A DNA stretch of 64,000 nt from Owenia fusiformis (lineage: Eukaryota): NCBI GenBank assembly GCA_903813345.2, contig CAIIXF020000001.1, positions 42,904,001-42,968,000 of the forward strand, written 5' to 3'. Both the position numbers and the translations under genes were made by a program. The notes beneath the pieces were generated by a model. That model did no database searches, had not been told where the DNA came from, and worked only from the letters and a program-made list of their open reading frames with translations. The stretch's first letter is position 1. Every line of letters starts with the position of its first letter. Below are positions 60,401-64,000 of this stretch, one piece after another.

Positions 60401-61281
60401 GATTAACAGACATATTTTTAAAATTTAGAGTGTTCCAGCTTGAAATCTCTACCACTCTATGCTTAATTTGGCATCTTAACTCATGACCATGGAAACATTT
60501 CATTGATGGAAAGAAGAAATAGAATGATGGGGTGACAGGTCCCTCTGATCCCAAGAATTCTGCTGGCAGGGAGAGCTGGAATATAACCATCACAGTAATT
60601 CTAACTAATACAATCAAAGAAACCAGAAAGTCTTGGATATTAGTCCCCTAGAAGGAGATTTCTTTTTTCCAGAATGAGTTCTGATTTCTTTGACTTGACA
60701 TCAACTAAGTAAATCATATTTGGATTTTGGAATATTTCACATTTTTCTACCTTCTTTGGAGAGAAAACGCCCAAGGTAGCCCCGTCATCACGCATAGCGA
60801 CCCCCATCTCTTGTAAGACTGTCTCTCTGTTAGGTTAGATGTAAGTGTTAAATACATATGCATAGAAATGAAAAAGGTTCAGCATGGTCACTTATTCATG
60901 AATGAAATGGTTAATGAATGTTTATGAATGTTAATGAATGTTCATGTTAAAAATGGTTAGTTCATTCTCCTATACATGCAAAATATACTTCCATGTTTGA
61001 AAAATAACATCTTTTACACTTACTTATAAATTACATATTAACTTACGGTATCTAAATTAATCTTCATCTAATTTTTGATTAATTTCATAAAATGGAAGTG
61101 TGGGTCAAAACAAACCTTTCTAATCTTATAGCCTCTGTCTTTTTTAACTTTTCTTCCCAGGTTTCATTCAATTCTGAAATTAATTTTTCTGACATTTTCA
61201 GCCTCTCCATTGCATCCTCTCCGCCCTCTATCAGCAATGATTCTTTACGATGGCGTTGTAATTTTTCAACATTTGCAAGGC
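3391..61281 (-). CDS. KIF1A: Kinesin-3 KIF1A/UNC-104-like motor protein gene, 5'-partial (multi-exon span; motor domain outside window)
   Basis: Over 30 exons with GT/AG ends join in frame. Peptides match KIF1A/unc-104 hallmarks: [20 protein letters not shown] (FHA), [58 protein letters not shown] (PH), [20 protein letters not shown]. Confidence 0.96.
3699..3817 (-). CDS. KIF1A: KIF1A exon ([18 protein letters not shown]...[14 protein letters not shown])
   Basis: 119 nt, phase 0 to 2. Confidence 0.94.
3992..4111 (-). CDS. KIF1A: KIF1A exon ([12 protein letters not shown]...[19 protein letters not shown])
   Basis: 120 nt, phase 0-0. Confidence 0.94.
4425..4659 (-). CDS. KIF1A: KIF1A exon (PH start, [35 protein letters not shown])
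   Basis: 235 nt, phase 2 to 0. Confidence 0.93.
6056..6130 (-). CDS. Candidate KIF1A cassette exon ([25 protein letters not shown])
   Basis: 75 nt, symmetric phase 2-2, open frame; ctttttccgtgcatgctttaaaacag acceptor, AG|gtatga donor. Confidence 0.6.
7088..7212 (-). CDS. KIF1A: KIF1A exon ([20 protein letters not shown]...SDMF)
   Basis: 125 nt, phase 0 to 2; needed to restore phase with the next exon. Confidence 0.82.
7413..7727 (-). CDS. KIF1A: KIF1A exon ([14 protein letters not shown]...PPSPK)
   Basis: 315 nt, phase 0-0. Confidence 0.9.
8073..8218 (-). CDS. KIF1A: KIF1A exon ([43 protein letters not shown])
   Basis: 146 nt, phase 1 to 0. Confidence 0.94.
9318..9427 (-). CDS. KIF1A: KIF1A exon (SLKALFGQG...[11 protein letters not shown]...GSPG); possible in-frame alternative acceptor giving start 9457
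   Basis: 110 nt from the cgtttcag acceptor, or 140 nt from the ataatag acceptor; phase 2 to 1. Confidence 0.87.
10881..10895 (-). CDS. Candidate 15-nt KIF1A microexon (adds KWMQG)
   Basis: tattttactttccgcatatag|AAAATGGATGCAAGG|gtaaat; frame-preserving in a phase-2 intron. Confidence 0.45.
12037..12122 (-). CDS. KIF1A: KIF1A exon ([29 protein letters not shown])
   Basis: 86 nt, phase 0 to 2. Confidence 0.9.
12429..12543 (-). CDS. KIF1A: KIF1A exon ([36 protein letters not shown])
   Basis: 115 nt, phase 2 to 0. Confidence 0.93.
12687..12873. repeat. Minisatellite, 25-bp unit, about 7.5 copies
   Basis: TTCCATGTGACATTTTGGTGTCACC variants. Confidence 0.85.
12948..13205 (-). CDS. KIF1A: KIF1A exon (YLPSVVDH...[15 protein letters not shown]...)
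   Basis: 258 nt, phase 2-2, DUF3694-type region. Confidence 0.93.
13592..13663 (-). CDS. KIF1A: KIF1A exon ([22 protein letters not shown])
   Basis: 72 nt, phase 2-2. Confidence 0.9.
14134..14401. mobile_element. Degenerate MITE-like inverted repeat
   Basis: AGTAACTCTTCAAA/TTTGAAGAGTTACT and TAACAAAATGTTGCAGCT..GAAGGTACAATTTT are mirrored. Confidence 0.5.
14720..15335. repeat. Minisatellite, ~44-45-bp unit, about 14 copies
   Basis: AAAATATTTCAGG(C/T)ATGCTCCCT..AGCCT recurring. Confidence 0.85.
16308..16400 (-). CDS. KIF1A: KIF1A exon ([24 protein letters not shown])
   Basis: 93 nt, phase 2-2. Confidence 0.87.
16998..17122 (-). CDS. KIF1A: KIF1A exon ([30 protein letters not shown])
   Basis: 125 nt, phase 0 to 2. 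Confidence 0.92.
17492..17582 (-). CDS. KIF1A: KIF1A exon ([30 protein letters not shown])
   Basis: 91 nt, phase 2 to 0. Confidence 0.92.
17860..18031 (-). CDS. KIF1A: KIF1A exon ([31 protein letters not shown])
   Basis: 172 nt, phase 1 to 2. Confidence 0.9.
18314..18419 (-). CDS. KIF1A: KIF1A exon (...[13 protein letters not shown]...)
   Basis: 106 nt, phase 0 to 1. Confidence 0.85.
18693..18775 (-). CDS. KIF1A: KIF1A exon ([20 protein letters not shown])
   Basis: 83 nt, phase 1 to 0. Confidence 0.88.
18941..19136. repeat. Near-perfect ~97-bp tandem duplication
   Basis: TGAATTTAATTCCTATTTTAGGTTCCTTCGCTTTGTGAC...AAATATGA occurs twice. Confidence 0.85.
19234..19352 (-). CDS. KIF1A: KIF1A exon ([33 protein letters not shown])
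   Basis: 119 nt, phase 2 to 1. Confidence 0.92.
19541..19752. mobile_element. Short hAT-like MITE
   Basis: CAGTGATCTCCC...GGGAGATAACTG; imperfect 5-bp flanks AAGAA/AAGAG. Confidence 0.55.
19859..20002 (-). CDS. KIF1A: KIF1A exon ([10 protein letters not shown]...[17 protein letters not shown])
   Basis: 144 nt, phase 2-2, conserved motif. Confidence 0.93.
20561..20938. mobile_element. CACTA/EnSpm-like MITE
   Basis: CACTGGTCCCCA...TGGGGACCAGTG termini, extended imperfect arms, 3-bp TSD AAG. Confidence 0.75.
21609..21746 (-). CDS. KIF1A: KIF1A probable cassette exon ([19 protein letters not shown]...NFTNLLPSR)
   Basis: 138 nt, symmetric phase 2-2, ctatag/gttggc; N-terminus paralogous to the next exon. 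Confidence 0.75.
21795..21915. repeat. Minisatellite, ~21-bp unit, upstream of the cassette exon acceptor
   Basis: TTGCAGTTAAAGTCCCACTTT, about 5-6 copies. Confidence 0.8.
23300..23810. repeat. Degenerate TTGACT/TTGGCT-rich repeat array with ~125-bp duplications
   Basis: TATACTGGCTTGACTAATGCTTGATTTGAA occurs three times. Confidence 0.7.
24445..24617 (-). CDS. KIF1A: KIF1A exon ([17 protein letters not shown]...[14 protein letters not shown])
   Basis: 173 nt, phase 0 to 2. Confidence 0.93.
27015..31547. mobile_element. Decayed DNA transposon with about 1 kb terminal inverted repeats, Academ-like
   Basis: TAGCGCAGTCAGATGTCC... at 27015 mirrors ...GGACATCTGACTGCGCTA ending 31547; similarity extends about 27015-28030 versus 30510-31547; internal transposase remnants. 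Confidence 0.8.
28588..29200 (-). pseudogene. Frameshifted transposase remnant (XPG/PIN-like nuclease motifs plus Cys-rich CXC tail)
   Basis: Fragments in order: [81 protein letters not shown]. Confidence 0.7.
32903..33949. mobile_element. Near-fully palindromic foldback non-autonomous DNA transposon
   Basis: AACAGCGGATTATATAAAAATGGACTG... mirrors ...CAGTCCATTTTTATATAATCCGCTGTT; arms over 400 bp with internal ~31-bp tandem units; flanked by ATGT direct repeats. Confidence 0.85.
34388..35662. mobile_element. Palindromic PIF/Harbinger (Tourist)-like MITE interrupted by the hAT-like element
   Basis: GCTTACATTTGCAAATGCAACTA mirrors TAGTTGCATTCGCGAATACAAGC; TAA flanks on both sides; internal palindrome about 34405-34552. 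Confidence 0.65.
34553..35639. mobile_element. Non-autonomous hAT-like element with 5-bp TSD
   Basis: TIR CAGGGTTCGAA...TTCGAACCCTG; TAGTT duplicated at 34548-34552 and 35640-35644. Confidence 0.8.
36333..36401 (-). CDS. KIF1A: KIF1A exon ([23 protein letters not shown])
   Basis: 69 nt, phase 0 to 0, highly conserved peptide. Confidence 0.93.
36765..37159. mobile_element. MITE with ~50-bp TIRs
   Basis: TAGAGTCCATTTCACTG...TGCGTCAGTAAAA mirrors TTTTACTGACGCA...CAGTGAAATGGACTCTA. Confidence 0.7.
38985..39406 (+). repeat. Dispersed repeat copy 1 (~420 bp; copy 2 at 49762-50178)
   Basis: Direct similarity, e.g. AATTTCTCAAATTGTGTAAATGGTACCC and TTAATCATTAATACACACCTTATTG. Confidence 0.8.
41138..41223 (-). 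CDS. KIF1A: KIF1A exon ([25 protein letters not shown])
   Basis: 86 nt, phase 1 to 0, gtaagt donor. Confidence 0.92.
41366..42829 (+). CDS. LINE ORF1 protein (coiled coil plus RRM-like C-terminal domain)
   Basis: 487 aa; heptad region LSQRVTELE...[16 protein letters not shown]...CKIHIP...FWPD..IGCRRW resembles ORF1 RRM-like domains of APE LINEs. Confidence 0.8.
   Translation: MAAPPDTDHIERILSRLSEEDRDTIINEFMEVTTPEDYEPLRILYFGYAKERLFNIYLDKFGPIAGRKQNEIPILTLKARKGVNKDVSFLNDICDLYMYGSNISDTFPRQTISATSFLPNLGSSEADTITDQSTRSIEIDTRVVCLSQRVTELERMGDSKDEQISKMQKDIAELQQQVQRLLQAGQCDFSKRTQKSATVTVPTQTLSTLNSKPANNGTNNSTNTPITDSHLNNNTLPISDLANRQNSLRKPSEPCESVAIPPSLKIASQPPSAKSVQPVPNVSKPVTYSSVVSENIDDWSIAGPKGRHSPPPTQPKEPRLQAHGKYNPSQQRRKMVTLKGIQEVEGAFVYVSNIRKDGNVSDEDLRSTIVAYVKQRGIRVMKADIVHNRVCDDKVGCKIHIPNDQVTLILGENFWPDAAIGCRRWEKRTRYNNKNSTYQRANAIPVFTGHTYSNARGYHAQYDPYKTDDDYASDCFAFDETDRQQAV
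42831..46418 (+). CDS. LINE ORF2: AP endonuclease, reverse transcriptase, C-terminal CCHC zinc knuckle
   Basis: QWNCRGF, LSEH, GGVAIFW, ILGDVN, YIDH, SDHLPI (APE); [22 protein letters not shown] (RT); CSMC...HFLLKC. First ATG after the ORF1 stop is at 42831; the frame is open from 42684. Confidence 0.93.
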   Translation: MCENLKHLLFLILFFALFNKQTIVFNNQGNSELRLAQWNCRGFNVSTLYIKHLLSQCDILALSEHKLYPCNRFKLDSVHSDFRCYSTSSKNLNDFNCGKIWGNGGVAIFWRDSLSNYVIPVKNMSTDRIVCLKVSIVQTAPIYIFSVYLPQQNCEIDMYDDVLFSLEHFVQKASMDGSVIILGDVNSNLGTLTGCRGHGNPSSNGIKLYDFMQRNLLTAIDMTDLACGPRHTFEMTRNNALHVSYIDHVILSYTLRECVLSCTVLEDEPDNTSDHLPIQTILNLNAQIERCPDIEAPKGFAWNKLNCNEIKDSYTNSVTLKCNDILLELRSILSSRTLNAAEIDHFINRIVESLILSSNAHIPKRKFLKYVKPFWNSTLTSLAKDKKAKWHKWVSQGRSRDPSNDVRKQYKESKKIFSKTYQAAQLEYEREELEKLYTSEQSDQRFYWYLVNKHRRSSKKSVNPVLADDGHLITDANEIREQWKCHFEKLATPLNKPTFDSHFKYEIENKVQTIFNSISNDSTIFKITPDMVHSAIKALHSKRACGYDQISAEHLKYGGDSMVQTISIIYNIILQSVYIPCNFCIGTMIPLVKNGKDPLVKDNSRGITLMTMLRKLFDNIILTHVKAPVLNAIPKLQGAAVEKCSSIHTSLLVQETISENVEQGKMVVLTVTDIRKAFDSVWIDGLLFKLHNCGIGGKIWKILYMLYKRYSCSVLVGGKCSDLFPILQGVHQGGVLSMLFYQLYMADIIDSMIKLNKGSTIGSLSCVSPSYADDMCILSNSFENMQVLLDLLHAHSNQWRYEVHPDKCSFLVFNSKIELGATQKLNIGGKSIAKSDYVKHVGIPISTNNDISDYVQDKCKKGKSQYNALLGIGSGCGGLIPTSACQIYKTYSIPTMTYGAHIINYQQNDIVVLEKTQREIGRRIQSLPHSASIPISTLPLGLMDVEFYIDFLRMMFLWSLLQLPSANIYKCLFTMRFVKMLHVNNECNTFSPIKCMLLTSKRYDLHNHVLNMVDCKMFIPKNRWKNIVYRQIAAVQMQRTFFQSLMYKGLNYFRMGNFEILRPIIWWRVARMFPFALSSCKIMVKLLADEHALRSKYRGSEDKSVICSMCSTYEKEDVDHFLLKCPANIYIIYREQLSNHCCEWGIQMNTKNILGIGIEELHFTNEQLLVFLKDMAYIVMQQYLCRQRYLTGLQT
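47297..47399 (-). CDS. KIF1A: KIF1A exon ([21 protein letters not shown]...)
   Basis: 103 nt, phase 0 to 1, ttccag/gtaagt. Confidence 0.88.
48343..48410 (+). mobile_element. Helentron/HINE-like 3' end: (GACA)n followed by a subterminal hairpin
   Basis: gacagacagacagaccgacagacggac...TAGCTCACCaGGTGAGCTA; similar ends near 22548 and 63517-63590. Confidence 0.45.
48552..49165 (+). CDS. STELLO/DUF288-like glycosyltransferase, coding exon 1 (type II TM anchor, Lys/Asp-rich stem, DKWIIVTSI...[15 protein letters not shown])
   Basis: ORF with N-terminal TM segment and the DUF288 N-terminal motif; CA|gtaag donor (phase 2). Confidence 0.88.
49762..50178 (+). repeat. Dispersed repeat copy 2
   Basis: Similar to 38985-39406. 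Confidence 0.8.
50484..50958. mobile_element. Inverted-repeat element (~135-bp near-perfect arms) in intron 1 of the nested gene
   Basis: 50484-50618 is the reverse complement of about 50829-50958 except for a 5-bp indel and about one mismatch. Confidence 0.75.
52907..53027 (+). CDS. STELLO/DUF288-like glycosyltransferase, coding exon 2 (LDGVLFLS...[13 protein letters not shown])
   Basis: tttcag acceptor, CAG|gtaggc donor, 121 nt, [11 protein letters not shown] motif. Confidence 0.9.
53253..55232 (+). CDS. STELLO/DUF288-like glycosyltransferase, coding exon 3 ([13 protein letters not shown]...WPRGYPL...[12 protein letters not shown]...RVTDIWRSY...HPVKLS)
   Basis: tttcag acceptor, 1980-nt open frame to TAA; DDD, DPDVDA and FRVTDIWR motifs typical of STELLO/GT75-related proteins; spliced product about 904 aa. 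Confidence 0.9.
   Translation, partial: HGAKIIYETDDDNHPTDELKGFITTDKMYGVVPSTNTTVLNAYAYYGQPTTWPRGYPLDKIGDNITNKYNAVHWNRPLIQQGAVNGDPDVDAIFRLTRKSNSKLLSLTYDEYMPPLYYPRGTFVPFNCQNTLYHYDAFWGLFLPNSVTFRVTDIWRSYFTQTLLWLIGGHIGYMPPNCYQFRNYHSYISDAKQEQKLYYQAGDLVQFLSNWRCKSNNLTSCIQILADDMAHKGFWDISDAKLAAAWLQDLVSIGYKFPSMTTELLNEPVKFQITLQTENRFPVSLPSSPKYSNIGEKKFKIKALLDKTCYKTHEMRQSNKIQQIQRNPILLLVVFNTPHYENIPYLEALYESHFVKTIYCGPKFPGKTFFKDWDINFITFDASKESQNKNRPGSFNYECLLKAMKLGIRVKGVLTIADDSIMKANTISKLPMDEIWYDSRSFETEKEFSRILKETSNDTKKKKEFQLRYKDFNYRIASLENQRIKSCNISNLRDKCHLSPFRPYFTKYEINIRNAFNELYRLQDTNKLIKTFLAGLSKNLLGMKRVITRPSDVYYIPQKHFEMVIPVAEAFHKHRVYIEIAVPTILHALGVNYSNLAVSVYNYDYGKTREKPWIRFPAFLNSTVTFMHPVKLSGIAQNNSNITELFCAAMDNQQFMHPM
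55744..55816 (-). CDS. KIF1A: KIF1A exon ([24 protein letters not shown])
   Basis: 73 nt, phase 2 to 0, gtgag donor. Confidence 0.9.
56077..56161 (-). CDS. KIF1A: KIF1A exon ([24 protein letters not shown])
   Basis: 85 nt, phase 1 to 2, conserved peptide. Confidence 0.9.
56705..56752 (-). CDS. KIF1A: KIF1A exon ([16 protein letters not shown])
   Basis: 48 nt, phase 1 to 1, cttcag/gtaagt. Confidence 0.85.
57044..57124 (-). pseudogene. tRNA-derived sequence (tRNA pseudogene or SINE head)
   Basis: A-box GGTGTAGTGGTTAGAGC, TTGGA/TCCAA anticodon stem with enlarged loop, B-box GGTTCAAATCC; acceptor and T stems imperfect. Confidence 0.55.
58201..58341 (-). CDS. KIF1A: KIF1A exon (FHA C-part, ...YVNGK...[19 protein letters not shown])
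   Basis: 141 nt, phase 1 to 1, gtgagt donor. Confidence 0.92.
58692..58869 (-). CDS. KIF1A: KIF1A exon (FHA N-part, [24 protein letters not shown]...)
   Basis: 178 nt, phase 0 to 1, conserved peptide. Confidence 0.92.
59529..59610 (-). CDS. KIF1A: KIF1A mutually exclusive exon B ([27 protein letters not shown])
   Basis: 82 nt, phase 2 to 0, paralogous to 60751-60826, ttttccag/gtattg sites. Confidence 0.85.
60751..60826 (-). CDS. KIF1A: KIF1A mutually exclusive exon A ([25 protein letters not shown])
   Basis: 76 nt, phase 2 to 0, canonical GVFSPKK motif, taacag/gtag sites. Confidence 0.9.
61116..61281 (-). CDS. KIF1A: KIF1A exon (CC1: [35 protein letters not shown])
   Basis: ctttccag acceptor, AG|gtttg donor, phase 1 to 2. 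Confidence 0.9.
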
Positions 61282-61586
61282 CTGGAAAGTAAAAATATTT
61301 TGAGTTTCAATGAATATTACCAAATTAAGGGACAATGTAGAAGAATCGATAAACGCCTATAGAGGTATTGTAATTTGATACAAAAATCAATTTACTATAT
61401 GACCCAAAAGTTCACAGGAAACGAAATGCTGAGATACAGAAAGCTCTTCACAAATTCACAAGGGCTTGTTCATATAATATACTAAAAATTTCATAATGGA
61501 ACAATAATACAACCAATTGAATTTCCCCATATTTTTTTAGAAGAAATCCCCAGGCTTTACTGTTGTCATCATGATAGATTGATAGT

Positions 61587-61770
61587 CAGGCTCGTAGCCA
61601 GGGGGGTTCGGGTACCCCCCCCCAGCCAAAATTTCTTTCAAAATCATGCAGTTTTTCACCATTCTGACCATTTTTTGTGTGATATTTGGTAAATATGCCA
61701 AAGTGAACTCCCCCCTAAAATATTTGGGGAAAAGTGAACCCCCCCTTGAAAAATTCTGGCTACAGGCCTG
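61587..61770. mobile_element. Short hAT-like MITE
   Basis: CAGGCTCGTAGCCAG...CTGGCTACAGGCCTG; imperfect 5-bp flanks ATAGT/ACAGT. Confidence 0.65.
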
Positions 61771-64000
61771 ACAGTTGAGGGGAATTTTGGTCATACACCA
61801 TACCAGTTGGTTAATTGATTCTTGTACATGTCCCAAAAGTTTGGTAGTTAATCCAAGCAAAAGATGGCACTATGCATAGACTAAGAGAAGCATCTAGTAT
61901 AGTACATTTCAAAGGGCAAGGTTAGCAGTTCATACACATAAGCTTGCATCTTACATATCATTAAAAATAGGTAACCTATCCACGAGGCATTTGTTAATTA
62001 AAAATTGAACACATTTATTTCAATAGATTAATGAATGAAGTTTTAAGTTATTTTTAGTGTGAAGTTATAACCATAAAGAGTAAGGATTATTGCAGGTTAG
62101 GGCTCATGCATTTATCATTCACAAAATGTGTTTACTTTTTGGCATTTCTGCTCGAGTGTTTACGTGAATCCTTTACTAGAGGCACTAAAGCATTTAAACT
62201 GAAGCAATCTTCTACAATGTATTATGATGGTCAGTACTACAATGAAATTTTTTCAAAATTTGGATAAGTGGGCCTTAAGACTTAAGAATCTGTAATTTCT
62301 GAACTTCTCACAGACCCCTCCCCATAATATAGTGACAGTGATTTGGCATGCAGTAACTGTTTTCATCAAACATGCACACCATAAAATCCTCCTCCTCCTA
62401 TGTATCTTTCATGCAGTAGCTGAAATATATTTCTACAGATGACACTGTTCCAATTTTAGGTAAATTGACCTATTTGCCATGTTATAGCCATAACAAATGC
62501 AAGTCAAAAAATGAAAGCATGAAGCTTCTGATTGGGCGGGCACAATACTATTTCACAGTGAAAGCATTTCATTTTTCACATACGATTGCATCACATATAG
62601 TTCTTTAAACCTCTGCACTGTTTGAAGAAGATCTTCAATTAGACACTATTGAGCAAAAAGCAAATTATGTAAAAATTCTCCCGAAATGACATTAGCTATT
62701 ATAAATAAAATTGTGATTGTGACGTTGTGATTGTGACATTGTGATTGCGACATTGAATTGTAAACATTCATAGACACCGACAGCTTAATTCGAAGCATGT
62801 TTAAAAGCAGAAATTCAATATTTGGGACTTCAGAAAAGAAAAAATTGTAAATTGAGAATGCGAATGAAGCTAAACACTGAAGGCAGACATGATGAAACTC
62901 CAAAGAGTAGCACTTCCCACCAAACAAAACACATTTTATTATGATAAATAATGGGTAGATGTATTGTTTCCCCTTGGGAATGAAACCATATTAGACATCT
63001 CTTCTCAAATTGAGGTCTTATCCCCATTAGGCAAGAGGCTGTAAGATTTGGACAAAATTCCTGAACTGGTATTTAAGCTACATCTTTTGCAATTCTGAAT
63101 ACAGGTGCAATCTTAAAATATCATCTTGAACAGAGGTACTTTGTCCCTTAAGCATCAGCATATGAAATGTGAACTGGTATTTGAGTTATCAAAGAGAGAA
63201 TTTTGATGAAAATTGGTGGTCATTTTAAATTCAGTGGAAATATTGGAAAAAAAATTCCTCGAGCAGGGGCCATATGCCTATAAGACATTTGCCTATAAAA
63301 TTTGGACCTAATCCAATAAATGGTATTTAAGCTATCAAAAAATTCATATTTTCTTAAAAATTGTCAGCCATTTTGAATTCAGTTGCCATATTGAAAAATT
63401 CTTCTTGAACAAAGGTCCTATGACTGCATTTGGAATTTCCTTCTCAAGCAGAGATTCTACATTCATGAGCCAATAATTTGACCTAATTTTTCACTGGTTT
63501 TTGAGTTTATGCCTCGACAGATGAACAAACAGATGAAAGAATAGATGGTTTCTGTATATCCCTCTCCAACTTTGTTCGGTGGGATAATCACTGTACTGAA
63601 GCTACTTCGAGATGTGAGCTATAGGATAATCACCACTTTTAGAGTCTGAGATTGGTTTATTTGAACTTGTATTATCCTCTTCACAGTCCATGGGCATACA
63701 TGTCCTTTCTTCATTCTTTACACTCTTATTAGCTGGAAAATCACATGTCCCATATATCTTCAACATTTCATTAACTACCATACCTACACTTTAGCTAGCT
63801 TTTAATGCCAATATATTCACAATTAGTTGAGTTTATATACCCAATTAGATCTATTGTATAATATTTCTTGCAGTAAATGGCTAGCTAAAGCACTCTTGGC
63901 CAAACATGATCACAGTGGAGTCATCACAATTCTATGAAGATATCAGAGTTGTTGCTACCAGTATTTCTACAAATGATAACTTACATTTTATAAATATCTG

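Noticed and set aside
61282..64000. Further upstream KIF1A exons (neck or motor)
   Set aside because: No kinesin-like peptide with convincing splice sites found; they presumably lie outside the window

Overview
AT-rich, intron-rich animal genomic DNA; a marine invertebrate or lophotrochozoan origin is my inference. The window is dominated by the 3' portion of a kinesin-3 gene (KIF1A/unc-104 type) on the minus strand. More than 30 GT-AG exons from 61281 to the stop at 3391 splice in frame and encode CC1, FHA, the stalk and the C-terminal PH domain; the motor domain lies beyond the right edge. The gene appears richly alternatively spliced. It has a tandem-duplicated, phase-enforced mutually exclusive exon pair in the CC1-FHA linker, a frame-preserving cassette paralogous to its neighbour, a candidate 15-nt microexon, and a candidate 75-nt exon carrying an RSRSTP 14-3-3-type motif. 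One intron holds a complete antisense 3-exon STELLO/DUF288-like glycosyltransferase gene (about 904 aa). The next intron is almost entirely an intact two-ORF LINE whose 3' UTR carries repeated covarying hairpins. Other introns hold a decayed Academ-like transposon with about 1 kb TIRs, a 1 kb foldback element, nested MITEs, a tRNA-derived remnant and minisatellites. Exon boundaries were read by eye, family assignments come from motif recognition, and no database search was run.
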